DNA of 63,356 nt, counting the filler, from Rhabdomonas costata (taxonomy: Eukaryota): the NCBI GenBank assembly GCA_019059605.1. It is 26 parts of 26 records of this genome, joined end to end, with 100 filler letters (N's around TTAATTAATTAA, not from the genome) between each part and the next. Parts side by side here need not be neighbours in the genome. Positions count along the whole stretch, not along the records: positions 9,772 to 12,114 come from JAHMHO010003919.1; positions 12,215 to 14,556 come from JAHMHO010003920.1; positions 14,657 to 16,998 come from JAHMHO010003921.1; positions 17,099 to 19,439 come from JAHMHO010003922.1; positions 19,540 to 21,881 come from JAHMHO010003923.1; positions 21,982 to 24,322 come from JAHMHO010003924.1; positions 24,423 to 26,764 come from JAHMHO010003925.1; 19 more parts are not named here. The stretch is one strand, 5' to 3'. Made by a program: the position numbers and the translations under genes. The notes under the pieces are model-generated. The model worked only from the letters and a program-made list of their open reading frames with translations, did not search any database and was not told where the DNA came from. Shown in pieces: positions 11,985 to 24,899 of the stretch (position 1 is the first letter of the stretch; every line of letters begins with the position of its first letter).

Positions 11985-12479
11985 CTGAGCAATCAAATCA
12001 AACCCTCATTATTTTTTTACCACAGAAAAATGAAGATACACACTTCGACTCCCAGACCAGGACCCCGCCATTGCAGCCCAGACAGAGGGAATTGAAACCG
12101 GTCACAGAGAGCCANNNNNNNNNNNNNNNNNNNNNNNNNNNNNNNNNNNNNNNNNNNNTTAATTAATTAANNNNNNNNNNNNNNNNNNNNNNNNNNNNNN
12201 NNNNNNNNNNNNNNGGCGGAAAGGAGACGCGGAGGCAAGGGTGTCCACGCGGACGTAAGTGCACCACGTCCACGTCAACACACGGAGAGCGAGTCCCAAG
12301 AGATGGAGACTTCCACAGTGAGTTCCATTTCAACGGTGCAGGAGGAGACGCATATAGCGTGCAGTCCGAAATCAGCAGAAGGCTAGGATCGACACGGGAC
12401 GTGTCTGGGCCATGTGCAGCTATTGCGCCAATGTGATCCCTGTGACGCGAAGCGCTACGAGAGATGATGGCATTACGCG

Positions 12480-13520
12480 AGAGCGGATTCCACCCTCCAG
12501 ACTCGCAATGATGCATCGGCCGCAATGTGGAGGCTAATAAAAATCTCTCCCGGATGGCTGGTGCACACCAGGATGAGAAAAGATATGGACTCTTCCCGAG
12601 GCGCCAGCATCACAATGTCACTGTACTTAGGGACCTTGGTCCACAAGGCCTTATTTACAAAGGTCTGAGCAGAGAGGTAATACTGAAGCGCTGGGTGAGA
12701 CTTCAACCCAGAGCCGTGTCAGATCGTCTCGATATATTGCCTGTGCTGTCCTCTTTACTGAAACTAGGTGCCAGCGGATTTTGCGCACAGGTTCCAGTGT
12801 GGCGGAGGGACAGCAGTAATAGCAGTGGGAAAGACGCCAGCGCTGTGTGGTCACAGAAGCCAATAGCACCATAAAAACATACACCTACATCACAATTCGA
12901 GATGAGTGTGGCCAGCGACGGCTGGGCGGCGAGCGATGCCAGTCGGATGATGCACCACCGCCTCAACAAAGCGATCAGGCATGATCAGCTCCTGATCAAC
13001 AGATGAGCAGTAAGCGCAATCAGGGGACGAAGATGTGCGCCACGGCCATCGACCAACCGGGCCACAGCGCGTGGGCGACTTGAACTTGAACATCCAATAT
13101 TAGCTGGCATCATGCGTTTCCGCCAGCAGTACAGCATCAGAAGCAGACTCGGAAAGACGGCGCCTTGGTGAGGTGCACCAAGGCTTCCTCTGGAAAGCGT
13201 GATGCAGAGAGTGAGAATCCAGTCGCCTGAAGCGTCTTCTGATGGAGTGGCGTTCAGCGAGGAGGGCCAGCTGGTGCTCGTGGGATGGCTGGGTAGCGGA
13301 CCAACGGTTCCCGGGAGTGGGCATTGAGAGGGAGCCGCCTGGGACTGGCATTCCCGCAGCGCATGGTGGCGTCCACCGCGTGTCCACCACTGCTGCTGTG
13401 GAGGGCGTTGGTGAGGCTGTTGCTGGCGCAGCTGGAGGGCCCACGCGGCAAAGGTGACCAAGACCAGGAGCAGCAGTGAATGGAGCAATCTTTCAGGGTC
13501 CTTCAACTCTCCGTGGCCAT
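12480..13520 (-). pseudogene. Frameshifted, apparently intronless remnant of a type II membrane protein (possibly glycosyltransferase-like)
   Basis: Signal-anchor RLLHSLLLLVLVTFAAWAL and a Q/P-rich stem, followed by coding-like segments that alternate between frames with stops. Confidence 0.3.
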
Positions 13521-14677
13521 GGTTTTACCAGCAGCAAACTATCATATGCTCCATCTCTCTCTCGCATCCAACGCAGGTGTTCAGCAGACTTTCTTTGCAA
13601 TATTTGCTAGCATTTGTTTTGGAAACCGTCAGCCATGAAAATTTGAAATCAGCTCATAGAATGCGCCCCGCTTCAACCGGAACAAGTCAAGTGCACAAAA
13701 TCTGTTTTTAAATCACGGAGGAATCACTAGAACAGAGAAAGAATTGCCACGTAAGACTTCACGTCGCGTATTTGACTACTAGACGCCTCCAAATAGTTTG
13801 GATAGAACTTTCCGCAAAATTCCTTACAAATGACCGTGTGACGTCAGAATCTGATTCACGACGACCGCTTGTGTGCCACTCAACGGCTGCTAGGCTTTAA
13901 GTGCTGAGTCTTCATCTAACAGCGTCGTATAATATGTGATTCTTCTATTCTGGCCATGTGTAAAGAACCGGCTTGGTAACAGGAAACCGTGACACCTCCA
14001 CATATCAATACATATGGACTCAGACGCAGCTCTGTCCAATCCGTTGACCGGGTTTCGTATAACCCCAGCAGCAAAGCCTATGAAATGAGGCCTCTATTCA
14101 ATCAGTGTACGCCAAGGAAACAAGCACGTTGTAAAAATTGTCGCTGCAAAAAAGTCGTGTATAACGTGTCCCTGGTTTGGAATGCCATGCACTTCTGCGC
14201 GTTGATTCTGGACCAATGGGTTATGGAATTATGGGAGCGTGCATGTCCCCGAAAAGCCGTACGTTTGCCTTGCTATGAAATGGTCTCTTGGTGATGGCTA
14301 TGCTTGGGGCTTCTTTTTAATCTTCCGGGACACAATTGGCAAAAAAAAGCAGGGCAACCGCGGGTATATGCCTTTTATGTTTTTGTGCGCTTCACATGGG
14401 TGTGAGAGTTGATTTAGTGACAAACCGCCAGAGAGGCGGTTTTTTGCGGAACTGAATCGGATGACCAGATGCCGAAGTGGAAGCTGGATGACAGCAAACA
14501 TCCAGAGCAAAATGTGGTACTCTCAACCTACCACAAAACCCAACCACACCCACCACNNNNNNNNNNNNNNNNNNNNNNNNNNNNNNNNNNNNNNNNNNNN
14601 TTAATTAATTAANNNNNNNNNNNNNNNNNNNNNNNNNNNNNNNNNNNNNNNNNNNNTTTTTGTGTTCATTTTTGCAG

Positions 14678-16998
14678 GGTGGTACTTTTTCGCCTGCCAG
14701 CAGCCTGGGCACTGCATTCTGGGAATGAAAGTCGCCGTTCTTGTGCGGCAGACCTCGGGTGCGCGAGCGAGCGACAGAGCGATTTTGCACACGCCGATGA
14801 TGGCACGTTGATACCGATGCTGCACTGTGCCCGCACTGCGTTTGCGCGGGCAAGCGCAAGCCGAGTTCCGCATGGCATAATGGCATCATCAGGCAACGAG
14901 ATGCACAGCTGAGATAAATGCACATCTTGTAGGTAAGTGTTGCGCTCTTCATCGCCATGGGCTATTGGCAAATATTACTGAAGGATAAGCGGTAGTTGAG
15001 GAGTTCGTACTGTTTGAACTATCATAAAAAATGGTGATGTGAACTGGAAACACGCGTGGGCCGCAGGTTCATGTCCCGCAGCAAATGCTGGATAGGAATT
15101 GTAAACGACACGCAATCTGAGATTTATGAGCCAGGCCCCGAGATACTCTTTGGGTAAAGGAATAAGCAGGGAATGGCGTCAGGTAGTATCGGAAAGAAAA
15201 AAAAGGACGCAAACGCCTGTGACGTCTTTGTGCATTTCTCGACCATTCCCCCTGTGACCCTTTTTCCCATTGTGTTTCAGAGAATTGCTCGCTTGGGAAC
15301 CTGACCGTGTCAGTCAAGGATTACATTTGTGCCAATGGAACCCTTCACCAGTGCGTCGCCGGCATACTTCACTCCACCAACCGGTCCTGCGAAGGTTTGC
15401 TTGATTGACCACATCATTTTCAGCGTGATTTGCAGAACGGAGGTGGGATTTCAGAATTGTGTGATTGTTTCCAGGCACACGCGTGCGCTCACCAAAATGC
15501 TCTTTTGTGTTCACCCGCAACCTTTGAGATTTCAATGCATTTTCCCACATTTGCAACTTGCTTTGCTGTTGGACATGGGTGCAACTACCCCATCAAGTCA
15601 AGGTAAAGATTGACAAAAAAAAGAAACGTGAGATGTTTTTGGGCAGCAAAAAAACTGCAAAACTGTCTGACCCTGGAGCGATTCTCATCACATCCGACGG
15701 TCCCTCGTGCACAAAACCAATCCATACAAAAAATGTGGATGACGCTCGGTCGGTAACGTTGGAACGATGATTTCCGTACTCTGCTCACGGGCCCATACAC
15801 CTTTGACCCGAGCGTGTCTATACTGTCTGGTTATCGGCGTTGTTGGTGTTGCGAGTTGCGCCTTTCGTTTGGCCTTTCTTTCGCAGCGAACTGCTCCTAT
15901 GCCGGCATCGATCTGCTACCCAATGAGTTTGTGTGCGACAATGGCACCCTGTTTGCGTGTGACAACTCGACTGGGGAGCTTTACCCATCAATGAGACCTG
16001 TGGGATTGTCCGTCCAACTCCACCCAGTAAGCCCAAAGGTTTGCGTCCCAGTTGTACCAGTGATCCAGTGAGTAGTGCCCTTCGATGCTACTCTTCGATT
16101 GTAAAAACATGACGTTCAGATAGAATGCGGATGTTTCATGAGACTTTCATAGAAAGTCAGCGGACAAATGCCTTCGGATTCTAGCTCGACTCACCTCTCC
16201 CTCCTGCGTGAGCGGTTTCAGCTAAGGAGTGCAGGTCACAGTCCAAGTGCGGAGGGAAATCTCGATTCGCAAGATACACGTTCGGTGCAGACCACACCGT
16301 AAGCTTTTGGGGGCTGCTCACGTTTGCGTAGTTGCGGCTTAAGGGAAAATTATTCGCCTGTTTTTTTCGACATATTTTGCGGATAAAGTGCCTGGATTCC
16401 TGTCGTAGCTATACTCCTCTGAAATTGAAATTAAAAGGCGGCTTGGTTCATATGCTGTATAAAAATCCAAAAAGATGAACAAGAGTAATCCATCCATTGT
16501 TCACTGTGTCCTGAGATCGCTTGGTGTTGGGTGCCAGGTGGCTAGTTCAAGTTTTCATTTATGGGCACAGTAGGATGTGCCGTAAGTTCAGAAGTGAGCT
16601 GTTTTTGTGTCGCAGTGAATTGCACCTTTGGGGGCACCGTGGTGCCGTCGTGGGTGAAGGTCTGCCTCAACCAAACCATCTGCGCTTGCAACGACTCCAC
16701 GGGGCAGCTGTACCCCACGCCCCAGACCTGCCCGCCGAAGCCTCCTCCTCCTCTCCCACGTATCTTGGCTCCAATTCACCCGGCTTGTGTGGCTTAACCG
16801 GAGGTACACGCCCTTCGGGTCGCTCAGAGGTTTCATCGCTCGACCTTAGTTGAAATCGAATGGGGTTTTGACACGCAGACTGTTGTTCACCATTATTTTC
16901 TTTTACTCTTGCGAGTTATTAGCTTTTGCTTCGTGACAGGGACATGCGTCTACCTCGGCCACACTTTCGGTGAGGGAGACGCATGTCCCTGTCACAAA
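14678..16998 (+). CDS. Phytocyanin/plastocyanin-like blue-copper domain followed by tandem Cys-rich modules (exons 14678-14758, 15281-15394, 15887-16038, 16616-16759, 16940->16998)
   Basis: Exon 1 WYFFACQQPGHCILGMKVAVLV carries the C-x4-H-x4-M type-1 Cu ligand loop. The following phase 1-1 exons encode homologous 4-Cys modules. Exon 3 lacks one base. Confidence 0.75.
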
Positions 16999-17587
16999 NN
17001 NNNNNNNNNNNNNNNNNNNNNNNNNNNNNNNNNNNNNNNNNNTTAATTAATTAANNNNNNNNNNNNNNNNNNNNNNNNNNNNNNNNNNNNNNNNNNNNGG
17101 GTTGTGAGAATCTCAAACGGTGACAGGTGGCTGGAACAAAAACACTTGACAAACAAGTTGAACGCCCTGCTAATTGCCATTTGATGTTTTCCACAACCTC
17201 GGCACATAAAATTTCACGGATTAGTTGGCAAGGGTACAGAAGTCGCAACGCCTCGAGTCTTTTTCTCTACTTTTTCTTTACTTTCAAGGTTTCAAGAACC
17301 ACCCTTGCACCCACTATGGGCCATTATGGGCGATGGCGCTCACAGGAACACCTCTTTTGATCTCCCACTCTCCTGAGTTGCTGCAAAGGGGTTTCCTGCG
17401 ATACACCGAGCCATGAGAGGAGTCCCTGTGTGATAAGAATGACCCTCACTAGGACGACAAGTGTGACAGAGGGAGCGCAGAAGCAGAGGAGAAGGCCGTC
17501 ACCTAAGCCCATTAGAACTTTCTAATAACAACTATCCACAGCAGAGACACATTTCCGGCAGGAAGAGGAGGAGTTTCCCGACGCAAC

Positions 17588-18345
17588 CTCATTAATGTTC
17601 CGGTCTCGGGCCGCCAACCACTTTCGGGCCCCGGCCTGAAGGCGGAGGGTGCTCTTGAACAGGGTCCTCATCCGGACTCGAATCAGGGGGATGGAATGGG
17701 AAACCTGTAAGGGGACAACCCCAAAGCACAGACTACACCTCTTGATTTCCAACCCTCTCCCTTTGCTGTTGTGTTCCCTCCCTCTTTGTTCTTCTGGCTT
17801 GCATATTTTCGCTTTGCCTCGGTCTCTATAATTCAGCGCTTCTTTCCTGAATTCCCACACTGGCGGCTTTTGCGCGTGATTTTTCCCTCCGTACTGCAGT
17901 ACTTCTGAAATTGTTGTGGCAGGCCGGAGAAAGAAGAAAATCTTGCACGCACGCAGAGGTCGTGTTGGTCGTGTCGCCACTCCTCTGGTAGCCGAATTGC
18001 GGTCGGTTTGGCACGCTGGTCCACTCTGCCGAAGATGGGTCTGGTTGTTCGCTGAAGTGCGTGTGAGGCGTGTCTGCTACGATTCCTGGGGTGATGGAGG
18101 GTCGTGGGGGCGGTGGTGGATGGGTGGAGCCCCTTACCTGACGAAGAAACCCGTGGATGAGCGTTACACTCTGGTTGGGGCAGAACTCGGTGACTTCAGG
18201 GATCTCCCTCAGCCCGAATCTAACCCCAAAGTTGGTGATGAACGCCTCAAGGGCGACGGACCGCCGGTTTCGCGATGGAAACTCCGCCAGGGCGCCAGCC
18301 TGGCCATTCCCGAGATACCGCAGGGCCATCCGATGAAACCAGGCT
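17588..18345 (-). CDS. Unknown protein with IQ-like motif, exons ~18345-18138 and 17704-17588
   Basis: ...SVTLIHGFLRQ|VSHSIPLIRVRMRTLFKSTLRLQAGARKWLAARDRNINE|, with a canonical gtaagg donor and ttacag acceptor. The 5' boundary is uncertain. Confidence 0.5.
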
Positions 18346-20163
18346 CAAAACGCACCACCCTACCAGTCTGGCACACGCTCTCAAAAAATGAAAAGGCACG
18401 CAATACAGAAAAAGCCGCCACACCCGACGCAAAGCTGCAGTCAGAAAACCCAATGACATGACAAAAAGGCACTGATCCTGTCATGCATTTCAGCTGAAAG
18501 ACCCACATTCGGAGTCTTTTCATCCTCCGAGGGCAAATCCTTCAGAGTTCAGAAGATGGTTTCATAAATCTGCTTATTACTTAACAATGCCCAAAAACAT
18601 TCGTTTGGGTGAAATGTGCGCGCGGCGTCTGAACCACTTAACTGTTACTGAATGTTAAAAGTTCCAGTGCTCTCCAGTGGATGCTTTTGGGCAGCTGCCG
18701 CTGAATTTGAGCTTGCAGTATGATGAGATTTGAGCTGGTATAAGGGCGAAGGCCAGTGCCGCTTAGGCCAGTCCGCCGGAGTCACGCTGCAGGCGCCAAA
18801 GATACAAAAAAGCATAGACAAAGTCTTGATGATTTGATATTGAATCCAAAAAACAGGCAGTTGCGCAAAACCTAAAAACGCAATGCAAACCTCACCTTGT
18901 GACATATGAGACATCCATCCATTTCTTTGCTTAGTCCCGAAACAGTAGTCCATGAAGCGTAAGCGGGAATTCAGCAAAGACAACATCAACAACATCAACA
19001 TCGGTCCAACATGAGATTCTAATTGCAGCCCGCCCTTCCGCCCACCCCAAACACCTCACGCATCCTCAACTAACCATGCCGGCAATCCGCGGCATGCAAA
19101 AACACCGCAAGAAACACATCCCGCAAGTGGGCATTGCAAAAGTAAAAAGAAAAAAATAAAGGCGCAACAAACTGCGCGCGCATTGGAGAAAAAAGCCCCC
19201 CATCTCCCAAACCTGATGATCTCACAACTGCAGAACTGACTCGAGCAGCGGCCAAGAACTTGACCGCTCCTCACTGGAAATAATGCTTCCTCCATCCACC
19301 GCTACCCCAGCAAAAAAAAAAAGACAACAAGACACCTGATTGAGGTGCACTCATTACTCATTCCAGCATTCCTAGCAACCCTATTCAATGAACCTCTCCC
19401 CTCTTTACTCAAAGTCTCTTTTTACTACGACCCACACAANNNNNNNNNNNNNNNNNNNNNNNNNNNNNNNNNNNNNNNNNNNNTTAATTAATTAANNNNN
19501 NNNNNNNNNNNNNNNNNNNNNNNNNNNNNNNNNNNNNNNGGGGGGGGGGGTGCACGTACTTCGCAAATGCGTGCAGCCCTCTGAGAGAACGGAAACGACC
19601 AAAAACATTGGAGTTACAGCACCAACCCAGTTCAAGGAAACAGCGGCACTTCGCAGAGGCGTGCGGATCAACACGGATGCAATGATGCCACACAGTGCAC
19701 AACTGAAATCTGAAAGAACGGGGAACCGGCCACAGCCTCGGAAAAAACTCGACCTTTGAAACTATTTGAAATTTAATCTTGGTGTGATGGTGGATGCGCG
19801 ATAAAACTGCAGCCTATTGGTTAAGGTTTTCGATGTTCCAAGAGTGGCTGGTAGGTTTGGCTGGTGTCCAACTAGGGCAGAACAGAACAGAAGTTATTTA
19901 TGTCATGTACACAACACCAGGGCCAATGAATGCCCAGCGTCAAAGGTCCTACACGAGGTACCGCCGCACAAAAAAAAGATGAGGCAGGCAGAAAAAAAGG
20001 AGGGGGGGTCGCGGATAGCATTGAGCAGAGAAGGAGGAGGAGGGTTTCACCAGGAGTTGAGGGGAGGAATGAAAAACTCCAGGTGGCAGCATGGTCCAAA
20101 CACGCAGCATGACATGAACAACCGCGCCCCTACCACCACCGAAAAAACACCAGGCAAACGAAC

Positions 20164-21632
20164 CGCTCCAGAGCGCCGAATGTCTGCTGACATCCCCGGA
20201 CTTCCGAGAACACCGAGGGACGGCCAGCCAGAGAGCCTGCCTGCCCAGCGGAAAGCTCCAACATCACAAGCCGCTCCATCCCCTTCGCCAGACGCTCCAT
20301 CGGAAGCGACAGCAGCATCGCGATCCCCACAGCACTCAACACCGCAGCAACAACAACTCCCGCAAGAATCCCGAAAAGCATGATGTTGGTGTGGCGGATG
20401 TTCGCTGCGGCCTGGGCGCTCTTCTCCAGCATCGGCCCAATGCGGGAGTCCGAGTCGATCAGCAGGAAGACTTGCCACTTCAAACCATACTGCGAGGAAA
20501 GATAACCACAAGTGTCGGGTTATGAGTACAGAGGTATGGATGTGGGAACGGTGAGATGGAAGAGTGCGTGCAAAGGAAGGCAAAGGAGGGCGTATACGTC
20601 AAACCATATCTTGGGAACGACAGTGACAGTTTCGGGTGATGCTGAGCAGATTGGGTTGCGGGAAATGACATAGAAGCTGTTTCGGGGGCCTCTGGAAGTG
20701 TCCATGTCCACGGGGATCAATGTGAAGGATATTTCTCAAGCTGAGACGCACCTTATCCTTTTGAAACATCCATCCATTTTCGCACCACCACAACACACAC
20801 ACACACACAAACACACATAAACTCCCACCTCCCCACTCTCTCAAAACCGACTGAGAGAAATCGAAATCGACTGGGCGAGTGTCCACGAAGGTCACAAGAT
20901 CTGCCCACGCAATAACCACAAACAAAACTCAAAACAAGAAAAACCTGCGAATGGATGTACACCGAGCGGAACCAGTATGTCCCAACATCAAGAGTGAGGC
21001 TGATGTCGAACTCCGGGATACCGGCCCAGGTCCTGTACTTCTGAAGCAGCCACTCAGCCGAACTCCGGATTCTCTCATCCGTCGAGTTCACGCCGCTATA
21101 AAGCTGAAAATCGCTGATCGGAGGCGGGTTCAAGAAGGGGTTGTTCGCGTTGAAGTCGAAGTCCGAATGGGAGAAGAACTTCCCATGCGACGCCCCCACC
21201 ATCGTCCCCGCTGCCGTACGGAAGATCAGGAACAGCCGGTCCTGCGAGCTGGGCACTAGCGAGAGCAACATCCCACTGATCGTGTATAGGTTCACATCAA
21301 TTTGCACCGCGAAGGACGCCAGGCCGTCGCTGAAGGGGATCCCGCACACCAAGGATGTGGCTGGGACACCATAGCCCCCCACAAAAAAAATCCGGTCGCT
21401 CCACTGGCAGGTTGCCGGTACCCCACCGAAGGGAGTGCGGAGTGGACGATTCGATCTTCGGAAGCAGTTGATGGGTTCCCCAGTTGTGGTATTGGCCAAG
21501 CAGAACAAGGTCGCCGTCGCGTTGTTGAATGCGTTCACCCTCAAAGGAGTGCTGAAGAGCGTCCGAACGACCTGCTGGGTCTGCATGTCGATGTTTGACC
21601 ATCCCAACAATTCCCCTTGTACCACCGCTGAC
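20164..21632 (-). CDS. Membrane sensor protein (extracellular Cache-like domain, TM, HAMP), probably a receptor nucleotide cyclase; exons 21632-20945 and 20489-20164
   Basis: ...FAVQIDVNLYTISGML...TYWFRSVYIHSQ|YGLKWQVFLLID..., TM MLFGILAGVVVAAVLSAVGIAMLL, HAMP PMERLAKGMERL...SVFSEVRGCQQTF. No output domain is on the contig. Confidence 0.7.
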
Positions 21633-23000
21633 CTGAACCGAAAATGAAATATCAAGATTCGTGCTGATCAATTGAAAATGGAAAGCCAGAGGGGACTTAA
21701 CTTGTGGTTGTGGAGGAGTTTTGAAGGATTGTGGACAGTGCAATGAGAACCACGAAATAAAAGGGAGCCAGACCTAAGACCTAAGGCAACGTAAAGCGTG
21801 TTCACGTCTCTAATGAAAAGTCCGCTCCACAAACTCCAAGCAAACACAAAACAAAAATTTGTTAGCACGAAAACAAACACCNNNNNNNNNNNNNNNNNNN
21901 NNNNNNNNNNNNNNNNNNNNNNNNNTTAATTAATTAANNNNNNNNNNNNNNNNNNNNNNNNNNNNNNNNNNNNNNNNNNNNCATATACTTGTCAAACCCA
22001 CCCATCTTGTTCGCAATGTCTATGTAGAAGGCGTTAGTATTTGTCCACGACCATACCGTGACACACACGTCTGCTCTTGAGCTTGCGCGATACGTCTGAA
22101 AAGCGAATCTGGAGATTAGTCAGGATTCTTCACATTTGAAAGTAAAAAAGTGTAGTGTGGTTTTTAAACTTGCCCATGGCCGGAGAAGCGTTTCTTTGAA
22201 GAATGGAGGAAAAAATATATACTTCAAGAGGAGCTAAAATTCCATGTGTGAAAGATCAATTTAATGGAACTAAACGACTATAAGAGAAAACATTCCATAA
22301 ATTAGATGAATATGTGAGGTCCTTTGCAGTATTCTGGTACAGGAAGTCATTTATTATATGACAGAGCTCGATTTTAAAATTCCTTATCACACAGTAAAAA
22401 AGGGTCAATAATTCAAGATCTTTTTGCTTCTCCGTCACCGGAACTCCCCACACCTTACCAAAGACGACCCCAAGTAAATTTTTTGTGTCGTCGCCACCAC
22501 ACTCAACCGCGTGTACTTGTAGTTTGCTAAAAACAATCGTTTTACAACTAAATTTGGCCTTTTTAGCTGGAAAAAGACGATTTGGGCACTTTTGCGGTTG
22601 CTGTGCAAAGCATATGCCCACACTTCCACATGTAGTCAATGTTGTTACACAATGGGGCAAGACTACCACAAAAGTCAACATTGACCCAAGGTGGGAAGGG
22701 GAGTTTGAGCTGGTGAATAATTGACCTAAAATGTGCATTTTAAAATCGAGCTTTGCCATATATTTTGTTATATATTTAATGCTATTTAATATTTATTTCT
22801 AGTACTTGTTCATGATGGCGGGAAAAATAGGTAACTGAATGAAAAATGGTAGGGATCAGGAGATTGAAGGCGTTCCTGATAGGCATGTGGTCACGTAATC
22901 CATGTCGTTGAGGAGGAGATTACTACACTCATAACTGAAGTTAATAACGTATTGTGTCTCTGCAAACGCAGTGTGTTATAGCATTCCGGCAAGTCTTGTT

Positions 23001-23030
<30 letters not shown>
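23001..23030. repeat. (TTG)10 microsatellite
   Basis: Read directly from the sequence. Confidence 0.95.
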
Positions 23031-23031
<1 letters not shown>

Positions 23032-23709
23032 CTGAAATAATGAAGTGAACTGCTGCGGATTCCAGCTGGATTTGAACTGGCAGGCAGAGTCGCGCGGTGC
23101 CTGGAGCTGCGGCTGCACTGGAGTGGCGAAGCCGCGGTGAAGGCCACATTGCCGTGTCGCACGGAATCCGATCGCCATGGTGAGAGTGGCGACGTGAGAA
23201 CCTTGGCTGAGTTGCAGGATCCGCGTGCGACTGCTTTGCTGCACGTACAGCTGGCTGGTCTGGCCTCCAAGCTGGTGCTTACACGGACCCTGGCGTTTAA
23301 GGTCTTCCGGCCTCCATCCACAATGCTGTGAGGTTCATGGGGCATCGGTGCTATCACAAGCACCGATATAGCTGCGCGTTTGGGTGCGATATCCTTAGGC
23401 AGGGCTTCTTGCTGAAGGAGATGCGAGTGGTGCTACAACCAGACATGCGGCTGCGGTAAGTGCGGAACACCACTGTCCACTTCCTTGATAGGTTCCTTCC
23501 TTTAGGCTGTGGGTGTGAGCAGGATAAGATACGGGAGAGAAAGAAGTGACCTGTGTATGTACAGTTCTTGTGCGTTGACATGTACATAAACTAACTGTTC
23601 AGGAAATGGATCTTTTCTGGAGTTGGTCAAATGCTCGTGGCCAAGGCTGCAACGCTACCGTGATTGCCATGGGGAAAGGAACCTGAGGTATCCACAACAC
23701 TTGCTACTT

Positions 23710-24132
23710 ACGCGCTCCACAACATATCGGCGATCGTTATCAGTGTCCTGAGTAATACGGAGACGTCACGAAGTTAAACGCCTGGGTTGAAATCGTTTCA
23801 AGGACAGAACCAACACAATCCACGTGAGGATGCAGGTACGACGGTGAGGCTATGCAACGTAGCGCGTTTCTTAACCACTGATGTTCTTGAAGGTGAGCTA
23901 GGTCTGACACCACGGCTCTGCGTTGGGTACGTCGACTTAGCCTCCAGTGGACATGAACCCACGTCAGAAGCATGTGGTAGTAGTGCAAGACCCACCCAAG
24001 TATCGCACACTCCACCCCTCTACACACTAACGCTACAGACACAAACACAAACACAAACACACACACATTACCAGCACCAACACCATCCACCAAGAGTAGC
24101 CCCACCACCAACACCCTCCATACAACGTCCAT
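23710..24132 (-). pseudogene. Signal-peptide gene with multiple in-frame stops (exon 1 24132-24072, exon 2 from 24019)
   Basis: MDVVWRVLVVGLLLVDGVGA|EGWSVRYLGGSCTTTTCF*RGFMSTGG*VDVPNAEPWCQT*LTFKNISG*ETRYVA*PH. Confidence 0.4.
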
Positions 24133-24899
24133 ATTCACACCCTCACAACCGCAAACACACACCAAGCACAGCCAACACACATCCGACTACAATTTTAACG
24201 CCCCACACCCTCCACCCTCCACATCAAAAACACAAAAAGTGTCCAGATCCACAGACACAGCAACCCAACGACAACACATACAACGCCAACCCTACCACCG
24301 ACAGCCACACTTCCTCCCCACCNNNNNNNNNNNNNNNNNNNNNNNNNNNNNNNNNNNNNNNNNNNNTTAATTAATTAANNNNNNNNNNNNNNNNNNNNNN
24401 NNNNNNNNNNNNNNNNNNNNNNGTTGGGTGGTGTGAGACATATTGTTAGGTCGATGAAGCCCAACTCAACGAACGCTCACTTTTTACTACGTCCTCGAAG
24501 AGGAGGACGCCGAACGTGATCGAGTACTTTTAAGGTTCCTTCCCGAGTACGATTTAAGGTTCCAATCCTCTCGCTTCTTGGGACACGTGAAAGCCCAATG
24601 GTCTTCCGCACCTCAGTAAAACCAGGCTCTTCAGCGGGAGTCACGCGAGGAATGTGGCGACGAGCGGCGTTCGCATGCGCTTTCCACTTTGTGGTCTGTC
24701 GCTGTCTCTGCGGTCTCGGCGTTCCTTGTCCCTGCGATCTCTACCTTCACTGCTCCGCTCTTTTTCTCTTTTTCATCACTTTCCGCTGAATGTATGGGTA
24801 CAACCACTTGCTCATGTTCAGCATCAATGAAGGACAAAACTGCGCTGTGATGAACATTTTGTATGTCTGCACTGTAGAATGGAACTTCGGCCAATGTAC

